Shown in pieces: positions 25,485 through 39,261 of a stretch of 64,000 nt of DNA. How positions within the stretch are numbered: position 1 is the stretch's first letter; every line of letters begins with the position of its first letter. The notes under the pieces are model-generated. The model saw only the letters and a program-made list of their open reading frames with translations, ran no database searches and was not told the DNA's origin. This stretch comes from Haliotis rufescens (lineage: Eukaryota): contig NW_025964334.1 in NCBI RefSeq assembly GCF_023055435.1, forward strand, positions 49,972,001 through 50,036,000. Reading direction: 5' to 3'. Both the position numbers and the translations under genes were made by a program.

Positions 25485-25995
25485 GGGGGGCGCGGGTGGC
25501 CCAGTCATCTAAGGCGCCGCGATTCGCTGTGGAGAGTTGCATCCCTTGGGCACGCCAGAAACCTATGATTGTTGGTTCGAATCCCGGTTCGCCCCGATTA
25601 TGTTTCTAGGTTTGTCAGCACCATACCGGTGCTCGTGGGTTTCACCGAAGTGGTAAACGTCTTAGACCTGAATCACTTCGGGCTTTCCTCCCACATTAAG
25701 CTGACACGCCGCGATATAACTGGAATCCGGTTAAAAGCGGCGTTAAACCCAACTCACTCACTCACTCACTTGGGCACGCCAGAAACCTATATTTGTGGAT
25801 TCGAATCCCGGATCGCCCCGATTATGTTTCTAGGTTTGTCAGCACCATAACCGTGCTTGTGGGTTTCACCGAAGTGGTAAACGTCTGAGACCTGCATCAT
25901 TTCGGGCTTTCCTCACACCTGAAGCTGACACGCCGTGATATAACTGGAATACTGTTACAAGCGGCGTTAAACTCAACTCGCTCACTCACTCACTC
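25485..25995 (+). mobile_element. Family-C SINE, full copy followed directly by a 5'-truncated second copy
   Basis: 25485-25769 full length; 25769-25995 restarts at ttgggcacgccagaaacc. Confidence 0.9.
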
Positions 25996-26589
25996 GCTTT
26001 TGACTTACTTGACTACAGCATCTGTGCTGTTTGATACCACCATTTATGAACTGATTTTATGAGTGAAAGAATAGTATTCACCCTTTAGAATCAATATGTC
26101 ATTGTATGTGATTGGTAGTTTAAATCATTTTTAAATCATGCGACATATATGTAGCAGATATTAACAAGCATAATGTTTTTTCCTGTTTTGTTTTTTCATA
26201 TTTCTGAACGCCACATAGCAATATTACACAGAGCCTGACCACAAACTCCATTTGGTCCCCCCTTACATGGGATTCTAACGACCAAATCTTGCCCGGAATC
26301 CTCAAACTTGGAATATGTATAATTCAAGCTGACAAGCTGTATTTGTAATGGTGTATTGGAAAAGTAGACATTATGCCTGGTATGTTATAATATGAATGGT
26401 GTCATTGTGTGAATCTTTGACATCTTTGATTACAGTAGGAACCAAATAGTCATTGTCACTTTTACGGTCAATTATGCTAAAGATGAAACAATATTGCTTC
26501 ATTGTGTCATGTTCTGGTTCTAGTACACATTTTGGTTACGCTTAATGTCATTTAAAGGGGATGGCCGCCTGAGGTTATTAGGTAACAGG

Positions 26590-27140
26590 GACCCTATGGG
26601 GATTCCGGGTTAGAATAGATGCCCAGTAACCAATGCTGGTTGTAAAAGGCGACCAAATGGATCGGGTGGTCAGGCTGGGTGACTTGGTTGCTTGCGTTAT
26701 TGAAACCCGTCCAGGGTGCACAGCCGGCCCAGTCGTCTAAGGCGCCGCGATTCGCTGTGGAGAGTTGCATCCCTTGGGCACGCCAGAAACCTATGATTGT
26801 TGGTTCGAATCCCGGTTCGCCCCGATTATGTTTCTAGGTTTGTCAGCACCATACCCGTGCTCGTGGGTTTAACCGAAATTGTAAATATCTGAGACCTGCA
26901 TCACTTCGGGCTTTCCTCCCATATTAAGCTAAAACACCCTGATATAACTGGAATAATGTTAAAAGCGGCGTTAAACCCAACTCACTCACACTCACTCATC
27001 CTCTGCGAGGATCATTGCTCACAATATCGATCACTGGATTGTCTGGTCCAAATTCGATCATTTACACGCCGCCGTCATTAGCTGGCATGATTATTGCTCA
27101 GTGAGGCGTTAACAACAACAGCAAACAAACAAAACAAAAC
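26590..27140 (+). mobile_element. Divergent family-B element interrupted by a family-C SINE (26714-26998), just downstream of the SULT-C stop
   Basis: B head 26590-26700; B body and tail resume at ~27000-27140. Confidence 0.85.
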
Positions 27141-27187
27141 AAACATATTACCAATGTACTGTCTTTATTGTAGCATTAAATTTCATA

Positions 27188-30100
27188 TTACAACACATCA
27201 ACGGGACCTCTGTATCTTGACTCAAATTTAGACCCGGTCATATTCTGCCTATAGAGCTTTTCAAACTGTTCATATTGTTGAACTGTGAAAAACTCTTTCC
27301 ACGTTCCAGCTACACCTGAAATATCCCAATGATATGTTTCACACAAGACCGACATCACGTGAGCCATAGTTTATGCGATTTCAACGTACAAGCATTACGT
27401 TATAACATTCAAGGCCTCAGTAAAGCTTTAAGAAAGGTTTATGGTAGACGTGTGGAGGACATTTCCAAATTTGACAATCAATGGCGAAAATGATGTCCGA
27501 CGCAATTCCCTATTTTCACTTGTACCATATGTTCCCGTGTTTTTTTCAGAACTGACTTGCCTTTGCATGTGTTTGTGACCTGTGTCACCGGTGGATAAGG
27601 ATACGCTCACCTTTTCGCTAACGCCTGATATCATCACTATTTGATAGTGATTCATAAACACATGCTCATGATAGAGTCGGAATCGTACAATCGAATCTGC
27701 TTTATGCAGAGATATATATTGGATATGGAAAGGGTTTTGTCACTTAATTTACCTTTTGCCGGTTGCCTTTTTACAGACGCAGTTAGCCAAATTTCAACTT
27801 TGTTACAGATGCCTGTAGATAATCGAACCTGGGTCGGTCACACCTCTGGTTAACAGTATGAATAACTTCCAACGCTTATGGGTACGATGACAGGCAACAA
27901 ATACTAGGCCTGGCCACCCGGAAAAAAATTGTTGCCTCTTAGGGACATATTCCAACCGGGATCCACACAACGTTCTTAATTCTCACCTGACTATATTGTT
28001 GACGTCATCAATAGAGGGGGAAATCTGTATTTGCAAGGTTTGGGTTTATATTTGCCACGCGTGTCTATTAAGCAGACTGATGACCATATATTGCAGGGAT
28101 TTCTCTGTGTGCTTCCACAGCAATGTGGGGCACGGGTAGCCCAGACGTCGTCTCACAATAAGGCGCCGCAATTCGCTGTGCAGAGTAGCGTCCCTTAGGC
28201 ATGCTAGAAGTCTATGATTGTGGGTTCGAATCTCGGTCTGCCCGGTTGCGTTCCTAGGCTAGTCAGCATTATGCCCTTGCTCGTGGGTGTCACCACAATG
28301 GTAAACGTCTGAGACCTGCGTCAATTCGGTCTTTTCTCCCACACAAAGATTGCAAGCCGATATATATAACTGGAATACTGTTCAAAGCTGCATGAACACA
28401 CCCAACTCACGCCCTTTATGGTGAACATTATCTTGCCAAATACAGTCGAGTTTTGTTATTTGGCGTTCGACAACAAACAACAACACTCAACTAAATGTGT
28501 GTATTTGGCAAGGTAATTTTCACCATAAAGTACACACACACCGCGTTTTATCAAACAGAGTAAAATTAATGTAGGCAGAATGCATGAAGTAAATACCTTT
28601 CTCGTAGTGTATGGATTGGCCATTTTCCAACGCCTCATAGGGGAATTTGTCGCATCTCATTCTCTCCAACTGACATTTGTCTATGATGGCCCGAAGCAGC
28701 TCTTCTGTTGTGTTGGTGCCGAGAAACCTGGAAACCTTACGTAACTCCTCCAGAGGATTCTAAAGTCATCAAACAGGAATTCAGTACCTCGGAATGTGAT
28801 GATATGGAAGACACCGGCCCATTGTACATTACAGCATGAGAAGAATTTCCATTCGTAAGAAAACATATTTTGCTATAAAAAAGTAAATACATATGAATTT
28901 TTGATACAAAATGTTTGTTTGTACTAATCCTAATTTTTAACCTTTTCTGTCATCAAATCTATGTGTTTTAAGATTAGAAAAATGTAAGATTTGGTCACAC
29001 ACCTATGACTGTCAATTATCATGCACCTTGCCTTAAACCTAAAAAGATCGAACAGTCAACATGTCCAAATTTTCAAAACCATCTTCAGCTAAGTCATATT
29101 GATGATGATTGTCCTTATTGATAATAATATTATCTTCCTTATACAATAACCTTAACCAATATTTATAATTTTGATATACGGATGAACTTGCATTGAACAA
29201 CGACCTAATTCACCTCTCGCTGCGATTCTGGGAGAGATATATTGATATATTCAGGTTAATGCCAACTTCTTCTGCTCCTAGCTTACTCATTTCATAACCA
29301 AAACAGCACATGTCAACGAAATTTAAGTCTGACGTGTTGCAGATATCAAATGTTATCTTATGTTCTCACCGACCTCTCGAGATATAATTACACACACACG
29401 TAAAATGAATACATATAAACACATACCCCTACAGACCAATCAATACAGCAAACAAATAGACATCGTAGATACATGCATACGAACATACAAATAACAACAA
29501 TCTCAATAAAAGTAATCAAACCGTGCAGAGTTTAAAGTTTGCCTTGTCAATACTCAATTATTTTCAGACTGCAGTGATCTTTAATATTACTTATTGCGGC
29601 GTTAGCAACATACATTCATCATGTTTACTGGACGGCGGTATCATATTATTTTTAAAGGGTTTCTATGAAATGCATAAAATATGTAGAAACAAAGCTTAGT
29701 TTCAGTTTCCAATATCATACATACTTTCTTCAGGTCTTCATAATGCACAAACTGTACATCCAAGTTTCGATATTCTTCGAACACTCTCTCCCAGTCTCGA
29801 ACGTGATGAAACCATGTACCCCATGACACTGTAAAAGTAGCATAAAAATGAATGAATACGTGAAATATGCAGGTACAAAAATCTCTTCTACACCTGGTCC
29901 ATTTAAACACTTCATTCAGTTTCTTCCTTTTCATACTTTTCAGTTACTGTTTTCCAATATCTGACTGTTACTTTCTTGATATTTGTAAAGTGTGTGCCTT
30001 TCTCAAGCACCTTACCTTCCATACTTTTTTCAAGATGAACATTATATTAGATGCTGGAAAAACTTACGTTCCTCGTTCAGACAGAGGGTATACCAATTTT

Positions 30101-30713
30101 TCCAGTGTCCATCATATCCAACATTTTTCCGTCTCCTCTGTAATGAGTATAAAGACACATGTGCATCTCGTGGGTCTCTCAACAAATACACCACTTTGCA
30201 CCTCTTCGTTTTCATGTCTTCCGGCAGGTACCGGAAGCGTAAGTGAGTGTTCAAAACTCGCGGGGATGGTAACGCATCGAGCATGCTCATTGGTTGATAT
30301 TCCAGCATGTGGTCTTCTTTCTTTTTAGGAATTGTCTCCGTATTATTGTTGACAAGCATGCTGATCATTTCAAACATCCAGTGTGTACCTGTGTATTACA
30401 AACATTAGTAAATATACGTAAATACATGCCTTTCACCTTGTTTTGAACAAATCATGGATTATGACTGAAAGAGATCTTTTAAAAAACAGAACACATAATG
30501 TAAACACGGATTTAAAATATTTTTGTAACATTTATCATTCATGGTGATACCTGATCTCATCCAATTCGCCATCACAATGTCATCGTCTCTCATTGTCAGC
30601 TTCGGCACTTCTCTGAACACTTCCTCGGGGAAATCCGGGGGTATCCGGAACTTCCCGACCTCTCGAATCATCATGCCATGCCCCTCACTGTCTTTTATTT
30701 GTATCAAAGGCAT
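27188..30713 (-). CDS. Cytosolic sulfotransferase SULT-C, 292 aa
   Basis: Exons 30713-30551, 30388-30068, 29828-29725, 28759-28597, 27315-27188. GT-AG; 879 nt. NWMRSGTHW, RDPRDAHVS, YEKGVAGTWKEFFTVQQYEQF. Confidence 0.94.
28127..28410 (+). mobile_element. Family-C SINE (diverged); another copy at 52738-52978 (+)
   Basis: Sequence match to family C. Confidence 0.85.
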
Positions 30714-30845
30714 ACTGGATGGCCGAAACTAAATTGAAAATTGGGTGAAACATTGTTTTTGTTTGGTCATTGATTTCTTTCCTAGGTTTTAACGCAACTG
30801 GTGAATGCGACAATATAGCTTTTAAAATATATGGATCGTCAGTGT

Positions 30846-31001
30846 GTATTTCAGCATGTAGAATGACACAATATGGTATTTCAGCATGTAGAATGACACA
30901 ATATGGTATTTCAGCATGTAGAATGACACAATATGGTATTTCAGCATGTAGCATGACACAATATGGTATTTCAGCATGTAGAATGACACGATATGGTATT
31001 C
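30846..31001. repeat. 30-bp minisatellite x5 in the putative 5'-UTR intron of SULT-C
   Basis: gtatttcagcatgtagaatgacacaatatg repeated, nearly perfect. Confidence 0.97.
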
Positions 31002-34000
31002 CACTGTATCTTTACTAACATGTACTAAGAATATTTATATATCAACAGATTGCGTCCTCTATTTATATCACTTACGTCAACCACGTGATAGATATATTAC
31101 CTTTTTAAAAACACAACGAGCCTGTAGTGTGTACCTGCACAGAGGCGTCCATTGCTATCATGTCCTACTAACACGCTTACAGTCAAGGACGCGACCACAG
31201 GCCTTTCACAGCGCGTATGTGACAGCGCATAAGAAGTAACCTGTCTCTTATCATGGATCGGTCTTGTATTGTAGTCCTCGCCGCTTGAAACAGATTCCCA
31301 AAATATAGCGATTATAAATTGCTGCATTTCGACTCCCTACATGGATACAATCCGGATAAGAATTTGTCTAAACAACTCATTGTTGTCGTAAGAGGCTACA
31401 AACGAGATGGTTAATGCTAGCCATCATATTCCAAATGCGTTGATTAACGTCTCGATGCCAAATTGTCTCGTCCAGATTGGGGATTGTAGGATCGCCAAAG
31501 TGTATCATAACTAGGGGAGGCTTGTGTGTGTGTGTGTGGGGGGGGGGGGGTGGTTGTGTTTAAAAAAAATAAGACAATTCTAAAGTTTGAAATTTGAACA
31601 TTATTTACAGACTAGTTATTTATTACAGGGAGGAGGTGTGAGTCCTGAAAATGTATTAAGTGTATTTCGGGTGGGTATAAAAAATACATAAACTGGGGGG
31701 TCAGAGCAAAATATGATACAGTCCGTCATATGTAATATTGATCTGTATCCATAATTGCGTAGATTGATGCACACAATACCATTCACTTGATTGTCTGGCC
31801 CAGTCTCGACTACATACAGACCGACGCCGAGTGTATTATTAAACGTATCTATAGATCATATGCAATAAAAACGGTGTCTGGCGGAAACGGGTGTACGGGG
31901 TGATATATTTATTACGAACTTAAATATTGCACATTATTAAAAATTCAACGTTGAAAAAAAGACATTGTAAGTATAAGGGAGGCTTATGAATATAAAATTG
32001 GTAGCTGCTGATTCGACCATAGACTGTTCTCTTTAAATGCAACCTGGCTATAAAGTGTGCATTTCTCTCCGAGACGGAGTATATGAAATGATAAAATGCC
32101 GATTTTAAAATCATGTTCATAATAGCATGTTAGAAATACCTGCATTCAAATCTAGCTTCAACCTCGGATCAGTTTAGGTGAGGGGATCCAGCGAGACGAT
32201 CGACTCATCGAGACATGTCATGTTGGCCATGTGATTGCATACGAGTTGCAAATGGTTTATCTGCTTTGAAATTAGTTGTCATTTGAACCGTTAAGCTACA
32301 CCATCTCTTCAATTTCGGAGCACGACATATTCACGACACGAGATGTGAATCGGTTTGGTGGACGCCATTTCTAAAGACTGCCCACCACGTCGAAAGGGCT
32401 CTACTCTATTTTACAAGATGAATTTCACGATAGTAAGTAGACGCGGCGATGGTTGTTGTGATGATCTTTCGACATAATTGTTCATTAGTGATGCTCTGAA
32501 TCTACATAGTGCCACGATGCTTGAACTACTACTGCTTACCTTAACGTACGATAGATAATAGACAACTGCAAAAACCCATCGATACAGTTTTGAGATACAT
32601 GCGTAGTGTGTCTATGCATCTCTTGTGTTTTTGTGCAAAATACGTGTGTCTACCGGGAGTTAAATATCCGTCTGAGGGTTATGTAGATGTTGCAGAGTGA
32701 AGTTGCACATTGTCGTGAAATGGCGTTAACACTGACGGACTACTTCCACATTCCTGGGTGAACCCCCGGGAATTCTCTATCACGAAGACATACAGAAGCG
32801 TTCTTTCTAATCATTTAGACCCTTTAATCTGAACCTTTAATCAGAGAGTTTAACGGCTTGATCCTTCACGAATATCCTCTTTTCGACCCATCCCAGTAAA
32901 CATAATGAAGAAATGCACATTTATATCAAAACTATTGTAGTATCGACTCGACCCGTGTCTTCACTGACAGTTACAGTCTACAGCAATCTATTTCACACAT
33001 CTTTATAATCACTTTTCAATGATCGGCCAATTAATCAATGATGACCAACACACGTCACCGCTACAGATCCATTAACAACTTCGGAAATGTCTCTCGTCAC
33101 GTGTATTGTGTCCGCAATTTTGGCGTCTTGTAAGTGTCATTCTGGCACTCGGCATCAAGGGGCTAAAACAACGGCTGGTCGGCTCGGAGTCAGTATACTG
33201 TATCTGAGTGGGGTATTCATGTTAAACTGCGGCATGGTATCTCAGTGGGCTAGCACTATAAATCGGCTTCAGTACAAGCAGCCACACACACATTAACACA
33301 CGTGCATGCACGTCGCTATATAAGTGCAATAATCTTGGACGCGACGTTAAACCCCATTTCACCTCACCTTACCTCAACAAATGTGCGTTGTACTGAAGTG
33401 AAAGGAGCGCTTTTAATATTAACAGTTGACTCTTCAGCCGGAAATACAGAAACATAGAAACAGTCATAAAATCATGTCCTTCCGTACACGAACACAATCA
33501 AACACAAACAGACAAATATGACTGTGTACATATGGTTTGTTATAGTTAAATAACCACATTTAAGTCTCTTCATGTTTTAAAGAGTGTTCCTGGTGTATTG
33601 TCGTGCCCCATAACTCTTTTAATCATTTTGGAATTTCTTAATCACATTCATAGTGTTACATTTTTTTCATTTAAGAAATGAACGTCAGTTTGGATGGGTT
33701 CATTGAAGTGTGAACGATTTAAAAGCGCTGGTTAAATTGTGTGAACCTCCGAGCTTGCGATTTTCTACTTTGTAGTTTACTAATCTCGCCGAATAATATC
33801 GTCACAATGATTGCCTACTTTGAAGTTCTCTAGTTTCGCGGAAGAACATTGCGACTATGTTATTTTGTCGGTATTTGCCAGCTCTCGGTCACATACGTTT
33901 CCCCACTCATACTCAGTCACACAAAGAAAAATAGTTATTTGAATATATACAACATAAGCTGAAAATATGTCAACATCAACATAACAATATTTGGGATTAA

Positions 34001-34389
34001 TCTAACAGAAAAGTGAACATAAAATATAAACATGAATTGATGCGAGGTTAACTTCAAGTGTGCATTTATATATGACGTCACATAAGTTTGTAAAGAGGTA
34101 CATTTTGAGTCGAACGAGAGTATAGGGATGAAGAATATGGAACAGTTATGGAAAACACCCCGAGGCATGAACCCTCCAATGGCACTAGTAAATTGGGAAT
34201 ATGACTGATTTGTGAAGGTGTTTGGAGAATTGCAAAACAATTTGGACGATATGGCATGGACAATGAAGTGCTCTGAAACTTCTGTGTTTTGTGTTAATTT
34301 TATGTATCAGAGTGTGTTATATTTGGAGTTTTGGATTTGTGGTGTGAACTGTAATACTTTGCACAACTGGTGTTTCTTGTCACCTGAAG

Positions 34390-34725
34390 ACCGCCTCCGT
34401 GGTCTAGTGGTAGAGCGTCCGCCCGGAGAGCGGAAGGCCCGGGGTTTGATCCCCGGCCCCGTCATACCAAAATACGTTAAAAGATGGTACTTGTTGGTAC
34501 CCTGTCTGGCGCTCGGCATTAAGGGGCTAAAACAAGGACTGGTCGGCTCGGAGTCAGTATACTGTGTCTGAGTGGGGTATTCATGTTAAACTGCGGCATG
34601 GTATCTCAGTGAGATGGCACTATAAATCGGCATCAGTACTAGTCCGGACTAGCACAAGCAGACACACACAAACACAAGAAAATGCACGTCGCTATATACA
34701 TGTAAGTGCAATAATCTTGGACGTG
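34390..34725 (+). mobile_element. Family-D tRNA SINE (MetaSINE-like); other copies at 33140-33376 (5'-truncated) and 58282-58675
   Basis: A box tggtctagtgg, B box ggtttgatccc, central gtcataccaaaa...gatggtacttgttg.taccctg.ctggcgctcggcattaagggg resembling the Meta domain, internal (CA)n. Superfamily label is from recollection, not a search. Confidence 0.85.
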
Positions 34726-36741
34726 ATTCTTGCCGGAATCAAGAACTGAAATACACCTATTTCAAGACATTCGATAAGATTCTGAGACTACGTGAATGCA
34801 CTTGCTACTTATTGCAGCGGACACTTATGTGACCCATTGTATTGCCTGTTTTGATTGTAATCCTAAAACTGTGTGTTTCAATATTATTTGTTGATTATGC
34901 ATAGATAGTGTGTGGTCATTTATTGATTTAACAATAAAGTAATGTACGTGCCCTTAATGCAGCCATCCTCAGTACAATAGGCATGGGCACTAACATTTAC
35001 TAAGTATTCATATGATGAAAGGTATGAAGTAGCCCTGAAATGCCCAGAATAAAGAAGTTATTCATAAAAAAGTGTCATGTATTCATTTTTTTCCAACTTC
35101 CAACGTTACGAATGAAAAGGTTATAACATATCTGTTTGTTTTGTCGTACGTGAATGTAAATCTCCCTTGCGTCCGACCAAGGAATTGAACGAGTTATTTT
35201 TTATTTTGGCTTCAACATCATTTTGCTGTACTTATCTTATACCGACAGCAGAATAGGTGATGTTTCCCGATTTATGTTATCGTTAGAGATACCTGCATCT
35301 TCAAGAGATGCATCGTTGTACCGTTGTATTTCACATAATTTAATTTCATATTCATTTACGAATTCACATACGGTGCCTGACATGGACACACTGTGTGAAG
35401 ACCCTTCTTGAAAATGATGCCTTAACCAAACTCACTCAGTCAAATGATGAACTAATGAAAGGTTTTCAATTGACGGGCATAACCCGTCAATTCAATGCTG
35501 CACGGTTACTATTTTGTCCCTTCTACCTAACTTTTACCATGGCAGCCGATACGTGATGAAGGCGGGCTGATCATGGTTCAACAACTCATAATGACCACAT
35601 ACCCCTACGTGGACCGCACGCATGTCTTGCGTAAATTCGATGTCTTGTTTAATGACACGAAACGATATCAATAGAGGAATTATTTTTTTTGGTGTCTGAG
35701 ACCTATTTATTTTATAAATCTCGATCAATTGACCATGGTCAGCATTTGTCATGTTATCCCTGAAAGAATAAGCCCCTGTTATATCGTATTTGTCGTTAGA
35801 GCTGCAAAATCGGAGATCTGGTTCAATTGTCATCGTACCCGGAACCACGACATACATGTAATAATTTTAATTCCTTTATTTGTAATGACATTTTCAAATG
35901 ATCAAACTATATCATATATAGAGAACAGAACGATGTGTGCTGAAAAAGCTGGTAATAAATATAGGGTGTCCCCACTTCGACCATATGTTCACGTGTTTTT
36001 TAGGTGAACAACTAATTGGCCTTTGCATGTGTTTGTGATGGGTGCCACCGTTGGGGCTGGATACGTCGACCTTTACGCGAACCACTGGTACGACTACTTT
36101 ACAGTGATTCATAAACACATGATAAGGATAAAGTAGGAATCGTAAAATTGACTCTGCTTTCAGTGAATTTTACGTTTTTCTAATCTTGATAATCTTGACC
36201 TCACTCAGGTCAATCACACAATCGCGTGTTGTAACTGGACTTGTTCTTGTTCGATAAAGTGACTTAACCAATCATGCAAACGTCATGAATTACTCAGAAA
36301 GAGGTACTTGATATGAGGATAAAAATTCAACAAACACATGTAAGTGGCAAACGTAGGCTACGACACTCGTTCTTGTTAATTGCATATCATACTGTTCACA
36401 AGCATTCACTTACCATTTCTACATGAACACGTACAACAACACGTATCAACCAAGTCAGACAGCCTGACCACCCAATCCATTTTGTCCCACTTTAAGATAA
36501 GCAGGGGTTGTTAACAAATAATTTTTGACACATGTGTTAAACATAGGAACTAAAGAGCCATGGTAACTCTGTATTTAACAATTATGCAAAAGATTAAACA
36601 ATTCTTCTTCATTGTGTCAGCACGACACACTATTATAGATTTTGATAACATTCAATGTGATATAAAGGTGATGTCTATCTCAGACCATGACATACACATG
36701 TACCTTTGGTACTATGTATATTGTAGCTCATCCATTGCACT

Positions 36742-39261
36742 TTACAACACATCAACGGGACCTCTGTATCTTGACTCAAACTTAGACCCAGCCATCTTCC
36801 GTCTGTAGAGTTTCTCAAACTGTTCATATTGTTCAACTGTGAAAACCTCTTTCCAAGTCCCAACTACACCTGAAATATCACAAAGTCATACGTTTCAGAC
36901 TAGGTCGTCGTTATATGTTCATTTCAAAAACAGGTGTATATGTTTGTTTATTTACCGCCGTAGTCAGCAATATTCCAGGTATACTATGGATGTTTATACA
37001 TATTCGAAGCTGGATCAGACAAACCTGTGGCAAATTGTATAAAAAGCGTCAACTCCTTTTTGGTACGATGACAGGCAAGTGACTACTGAGGCTAACCGCC
37101 TGGTACAAATGAGTCCCCACCTTTAGGACAAGCAATAGAGTACTTGGGACATACCCCTACAACGTTCTCATGTAATTACATTGTGTGACGTTATAGAACT
37201 ACTATGAACATCGTCGTTTTTGATGCAACATCGTTGCACTTTAGAATATAGGGAAATGCCTATATTTGCATTTTTTGTGTTGCTATTAACACACCAACAC
37301 ATTGGCGCCATAGTTGATCGATTTGTACAACTGTGTACATACACATCCGGGTTTATTAAACATTGTATGGTTAATGTACATGGCATGCAAATACCTTTCT
37401 CGTAGTGTATGGATTGCCCATTTTCCAACCATTCATATTGGAATTTGTCGCATCTCATTCTCTCTAACTGACATTTGTCTATGATGGCCTGAAGCAGCTC
37501 TTCTGTTGAGTTGCTGCCGAGAAACTTTGAAACCTTACGTAACTCCTCCAGAGGACTCTACAGTAACCAAAACAGAAATAGAGAAATATACAAAACCTGT
37601 TGGACTTCAATCTTATCTGCTCATGTTCTCATCGACAACTCAAGCCATCATCACATTCGCATTAATACTTTAACACACAACCATATAGACCAATCGACAT
37701 TAAAGCCGTGTACATCCATCTACATGCATACAGGCATGCACACACCAACAATCACATCAAAATTACGTGATCAGTGCAGAAGTTTAAGTTTGCCCTGTCA
37801 AGACTCAATTATTTTCAGACACCCAGTGACACAGCTGTTATATTACTGACTATGGCTTTAAACAACATCCATTCACTTACTCGATGAAATTCATTAAGCT
37901 TTCTGGATGGTGGTGTCATATAATTGTTTTAAGAGGCATAGACTTTACAAAATTTAGCTTAGAGTCCCATACAAATCTTACTTTCTTCATGTCTTCATAA
38001 TGCCAAAAATGCACATCTAGATTAGGATATTCTTCAAACACTTTTTCCCAATCACGAACGTGATCAATCCAAGCACCCCACGACACTGCAACAACAGCAT
38101 AACAATGAATTGGCAGTCGAAATAAGCATGAACAACACCCTCACGACTGAACCTTGGTATTATATGATCAAAATGATATTTTCTGTTTCTTTTCTTTTTG
38201 GCTCAAAAGTTGTTTGACCAAGGTTCCCAAATTCGATGCCTCAGACAAAACTTCCAAAGTGTTTGTGGTGGTCATGTGAAGGCAATGTCCAGCTCTGACG
38301 TAAAGTGGTGTCCAATTTAATGCCCTATTTGTATTTGTGCCATGTGCTCCCGTGTTTGTTCAGGTGGACAGTACACTTGACATGCCTTTGCATACTTTTG
38401 TGATGGATGCCACAGGATTTCATAGTGATTCATACAGGTGGGAGACCACTACTGCCTTTAATGACCTGTCACAGCGAGACAGTTTTGTGCATATACCTCT
38501 ATGACAGGATATGATGTCCCAAACAAGGGCTTTCACATTACAGAAGCTTAATACTGATCAATCAAACCTCGTATTAAAGGATTGAAAATATCTTACGTTC
38601 CCCGTTCAGACTGAGAGCAAACCAGTTTTTCCAGCCTCCTTCATATCCAGTAATTGATCCTTTAATTAGTAATTTGTAATAAGACACATGTGCATCTCGT
38701 GGGTCTCTCAACAAATACACCACTTTGCACCTCTTCGTTTTCATGTCTTCTGGCAGGTACTGGAAGTGAAGATGAGTGTTTAATACTCGTGGGGATGGTA
38801 AAGCATCCAACATGCTGATTGGTTGGTATTCAAGCATGTGGTCCTCTTTCTTCTTAGGAATTGTTTCCGTATTATTGTTGATAAGCATGCTGATCATTTC
38901 AAACATCCAGTGTGTACCTAAATATTACAAACAGTAGTAAATACACATAAATGGATGCCTTTTCACTTTGTTTCAACCAAATTATAATTCATACATTATG
39001 ACTGTATATCATGAGAGTTTAGTGATCGCCTATTAAAAAATACCAATAATGTTAAAAGATTAAGACATTATTGCAATTTCGACAATTCATTACGATACCT
39101 GATCTCATCCAGTTTGTAATCACAATGTCATCTTCTCTCATTGCCAGCTTCGGCACTTCTCGGATCACGTCCTCGGGGAAATCTTTGGGTATCCGGTTCT
39201 TCCCGACCTCTCGAAACATCAGGCCATATCCCTCACTATCTTTGATTTGTATCAAAGGCAT
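36742..39261 (-). CDS. Cytosolic sulfotransferase SULT-D, 292 aa
   Basis: Exons 39261-39099, 38917-38597, 38085-37982, 37557-37395, 36869-36742. GT-AG; 879 nt. NWMRSGTHW, YEKGVVGTWKEVFTVEQYEQF. Confidence 0.94.

Noticed and set aside
30685-31018. Repeat proteins (HAEIPYCVIL)n / (ISACRMTQYG)n
   Set aside because: Artefact of a 30-bp minisatellite being open in several frames.
35534-35857. 107-aa ORF as a protein-coding gene
   Set aside because: No recognisable motif or clear splice context; the paralogous block near 52.2 kb aligns only patchily and shows no matching ORF.
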